Source: an uncultured Christensenella sp. (lineage in GTDB: Bacteria; Bacillota; Clostridia; Christensenellales; UBA1242). Taken from it: DNA of 64,000 nucleotides. The number at the start of each line of letters is the position of its first letter. Position 1 is the first letter of the stretch. Shown here in pieces: positions 59,084 to 64,000 of this stretch. Location of the stretch: contig CAZMBC010000002.1 in assembly GCA_964564685.1 (NCBI GenBank), forward strand, positions 71,170-135,169, read 5' to 3'. Made by a program: the position numbers and the translations under genes. Below the pieces are notes generated by a model, which was not told the origin of the DNA, did not search any database, and worked only from the letters and a program-made list of their open reading frames with translations.

Positions 59084-59479
59084 ATGGAAAAAAAAACTAA
59101 CGAACTAAAAAATTTAGCTTTAATGGCAAAACAGCGTCTTAAAAATGGAAACTATAGTGTTGATGTAATTAAAACTATAGAAAAGGATAAAGCAAAGGCG
59201 AGCGACTACTTCTATCAGAATGCGTTGGCGCTTAAACGCGAAAAGTTTATTGCCGAATTTGTTACAATTTCAAATGAATATGACGAGGCGCTTATTAAAA
59301 AAGTTTATAAAATATTAGAAAATAATGAGTTGTTATGTAACTCAATTGGCATGTTGGTTGACGAAAATTATTTTAATACTTTAAATGAGTTTGAAAAACA
59401 ACATTACATTTTGTCTTTAAGCGAAAAGTACAACCGAATTAAAGAGGACTACTATCAAAATTCTAGCAAAATATCATAA
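59084..59479 (+). CDS. Hypothetical protein
   Basis: 131-aa ORF with RBS AGGGG; no recognised family. Confidence 0.65.
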   Translation: MEKKTNELKNLALMAKQRLKNGNYSVDVIKTIEKDKAKASDYFYQNALALKREKFIAEFVTISNEYDEALIKKVYKILENNELLCNSIGMLVDENYFNTLNEFEKQHYILSLSEKYNRIKEDYYQNSSKIS

Positions 59480-59506
59480 TAGAGCATCTAAATAAAAATA
59501 TATTTG

Positions 59507-59543
59507 TTAAATAACCTAATTAAAGTGGGTTATTTAATTTTTT
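59507..59543 (+). terminator. Terminator candidate
   Basis: TTAAATAACC-N11-GGTTATTTAA followed by a T-run. Confidence 0.55.
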
Positions 59544-59590
59544 ATTATTGCGCTAATGTGTTACAATATAAGTTAAGTAAGGATAATAAT

Positions 59591-61870
59591 ATGTATAACT
59601 TAAATGAACTTAACGAAATGCAAAAAAATATTATATTAAACAGTGACGGCGCGGTGCTTGTATCTGCAGGTGCAGGAAGTGGCAAAACGCGATTGTTAAC
59701 TCACAAGGTGGCATACTTGATTGCGGAAAAGGGCGTTTCATCCGCAAACATATTAGCAATCACTTTTACAAACAAAGCCACAAATGAGATGAAAGAGCGT
59801 ATTGCACATATGGTTGGTGATTCCTCTGTTTGGATTTCTACATTTCATGCAATGTGCGCTAAAATTTTGTGTGAAAACATTTCGCATTTAAGCGGATATA
59901 ATCAGTATTTTAGTATTTATGATGAATCTGATAAAGCAAAAGTTTTAAAGGCACTAATTAAGGAGCGTTGCAAGGATGATGACGCTACTACAAAGTCTTT
60001 AAAGGACAAAATTGAGTTTCATATATCCAATGCCAAAAATATGGGTATGGATCCTGATGAATACGAAAAAGAGATGTCATTTATGTCAGATGTGCGTGAG
60101 ATTTGTGAGTATTATCGCGTATATGAGCAAACACTAAAAGCAAACAATGCATTGGATTTTGACGACTTACTTATGAAGGCTTATAATTTGTTTAAAATAT
60201 GTCCCGAGGTGCTGTCGTATTATCAAAACAAATTCCGCTATATTTTGGTGGATGAGTTTCAGGACACAAATCTTATTCAATACAAACTTATAAAAATGTT
60301 GAGTGCCGTACATAAAAATTTGTTTGTAGTTGGTGATGAGGACCAAAGCATTTATGGGTGGCGCGGCGCATCAATTGAAAATATAAAAAATTTTGTAACT
60401 GATTTTGAAAACACTAAAGTTTACAAACTAGAACAAAACTACAGAAGTACAAAAAATATTTTGAAGCTTGCGAACACGCTTATAAAACACAACAATGAGC
60501 GCATAGATAAAACACTTTTCACCGATAATGCAGAAGGCGACCATGTAATTTTTTATCCTGCATATGACGAAAAAGAGGAGGGCGAATATGTCGCTCGTAC
60601 AATCTCAAATTTGGTTTACGCAGGTGTGAATTATAGGGATATTGCTATCTTAATGCGTATAAACTCAATAAGTCGTGTTTTTGAGGAGAAATTACTTAAC
60701 TACAACATTCCTTTTACTGTTACAGGCGGGTTTAAGTTTTTTGAAAGATTAGAAATTAAAAATCTTTTAGCATATATGTCAGTTGTGGTTAACCCACAAG
60801 ATAGCAATAGTCTTGCGCGAATTATAAACTATCCAAAGCGCGGTATTGGTGACGCTAGTTTAGAAAAAATTAAAGCACTTGCTTTTCAAAATAACCTTTC
60901 GCCAACCAACTTTATTAGGCAAATTAACGAGCTGGGATATGGCAAAGTTAATGGAAAAGTGACCGAGTTTTCATTACTTTTAAATAAGTTATTTGATTCT
61001 TATGAGGGCGACAATCTTGTAGAATTTGTTGATACAGTTATTAAAGAAAGCAGAGTTTTGGAACTGTACAACACAAATTCTGAAGAAGACGAAACCCGCA
61101 GACGCAACATAAACGAGTTTGTTGCAAGTGTATCTGACTTTTCTGCTAACAATCCTGATGCAACTATTATTGATTATTTGCAATCTGTAACCTTGCAAAC
61201 ATCTCTTAACGAGAACGACAACAATGGCAACACTGTTACAATCTCTACCGTGCATAGTTGTAAAGGCTTAGAGTTTGATTATGTATTCGTTGTGGGTGCA
61301 GAAGAAGGAATATTTCCGCTAAGTAGAAGAAATGATGAAGTGGATGTAGAGGAAGAGCGCCGACTAATGTATGTTGCAATAACGCGTGCTTGCAAAAAAC
61401 TTTACATAACGAGAGCAAAATCCCGCTTTTTGTACAACGAACGCGGAAACACACTTGAAAGTCGTTTTTTAAACGAAATGGGTTTAACCACAAAAACAAG
61501 CGCTTTAAGCCAAACTTCATATTGGCAAAAATATAATTCCGAAAACGATTGTTACTATTCAAGTGAGTATCAAAATCCTATTAAAAATGGATATGGAATG
61601 TTTGAGCGTTCAGGTGGTGGCGAAGCGGAAGAAAGTGGTTTTGCAAACAAGAACAGAAGTATTAACCCTCTAAAAACAACAATTAACTCATCCAAGGGCA
61701 AGTTTGATGCTTATGTTGTGGGTAAACGGGTTTTGCATCCTAAATTTGGTGTTGGCGAAATTATAAGCAAAGATGGAATAGGTGACAATGTGTTTGCTAC
61801 TATTAATTTTAAAACTGTGGGCAACAAAACGCTATCACTTGCATTTGCGCCTTTACAACTTTTAAAATAA
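59591..61870 (+). CDS. pcrA: ATP-dependent DNA helicase PcrA/UvrD
   Basis: AGAGSGKT, LVDEFQD, VGDEDQSIYGWRG, LEQNYRS, STVHSCKGLEF, EERRLMYVAITRA; start moved to ATG 59591. Confidence 0.95.
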   Translation: MYNLNELNEMQKNIILNSDGAVLVSAGAGSGKTRLLTHKVAYLIAEKGVSSANILAITFTNKATNEMKERIAHMVGDSSVWISTFHAMCAKILCENISHLSGYNQYFSIYDESDKAKVLKALIKERCKDDDATTKSLKDKIEFHISNAKNMGMDPDEYEKEMSFMSDVREICEYYRVYEQTLKANNALDFDDLLMKAYNLFKICPEVLSYYQNKFRYILVDEFQDTNLIQYKLIKMLSAVHKNLFVVGDEDQSIYGWRGASIENIKNFVTDFENTKVYKLEQNYRSTKNILKLANTLIKHNNERIDKTLFTDNAEGDHVIFYPAYDEKEEGEYVARTISNLVYAGVNYRDIAILMRINSISRVFEEKLLNYNIPFTVTGGFKFFERLEIKNLLAYMSVVVNPQDSNSLARIINYPKRGIGDASLEKIKALAFQNNLSPTNFIRQINELGYGKVNGKVTEFSLLLNKLFDSYEGDNLVEFVDTVIKESRVLELYNTNSEEDETRRRNINEFVASVSDFSANNPDATIIDYLQSVTLQTSLNENDNNGNTVTISTVHSCKGLEFDYVFVVGAEEGIFPLSRRNDEVDVEEERRLMYVAITRACKKLYITRAKSRFLYNERGNTLESRFLNEMGLTTKTSALSQTSYWQKYNSENDCYYSSEYQNPIKNGYGMFERSGGGEAEESGFANKNRSINPLKTTINSSKGKFDAYVVGKRVLHPKFGVGEIISKDGIGDNVFATINFKTVGNKTLSLAFAPLQLLK

Positions 61871-61895
61871 ACATAATTAGGGAAAACTAACTTAA

Positions 61896-63863
<1,968 letters not shown>

Positions 63864-63954
63864 AAATATTTTTAACCAATCAAATTAAATATGGTTGAAA
63901 ATATTATTTTAATGTGTTATAATTTTTGTAGATTAAAAAATAAGGAGCAAATTT

Positions 63955-64000
63955 ATGTTATTAGAGCCACCTATTAATGAACTTATTCACATAGCGGGTA
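63955..64000 (+). CDS. rpoZ: 5' end of probable RNA polymerase omega subunit, partial
   Basis: RBS AAGGAG, then MLLEPPINELIHIAG resembles the Firmicutes omega N-terminus; only 15 codons visible. Confidence 0.5.
   Translation, partial: MLLEPPINELIHIAG

Overview
Chromosomal window from a low-GC, spore-forming Firmicute, most likely a member of the Clostridia (inferred from sigK, a PdaB-like deacetylase, A-type RNase P RNA and CIRCE/HrcA). Most of it is housekeeping: nth-obgE-yhbY, pdp-tsaE-tsaB-rimI-hydrolase-murF-ddl, murG, parE-parC, rnj-trmR-trhP, sigK, rnpB, rarA, lepA-hemW-hrcA-grpE-dnaK-dnaJ-rsmE-mtaB-hit-rpsU, pcrA-ligA, and a probable rpoZ start. The main exception is a ~12.5 kb phage-derived module at 26.2-38.7 kb. 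It encodes a RinA/ArpU-like activator preceded by a perfect LexA-type box, an intact large terminase, a small-terminase-like protein that appears to lack its DNA-recognition HTH, portal, scaffold, major capsid, short-tail adaptor/nozzle-like proteins and two holins. No integrase, repressor, replication genes, tail tube, tape measure or endolysin were recognised, and the module sits directly among host and sporulation genes. This layout is what a domesticated gene-transfer-agent-like system would look like; that reading is inference and is untested here. Secondary observations: a WYL-less YafY-type HTH gene with a LexA-type box over its -35, two probable pseudo-enzymes (FtsE-like ATPase, GDPD), Arg at the ParC Ser80-equivalent position, and a covariant P4 helix in RNase P RNA. 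All family assignments come from motif recognition by eye, with no database searches.
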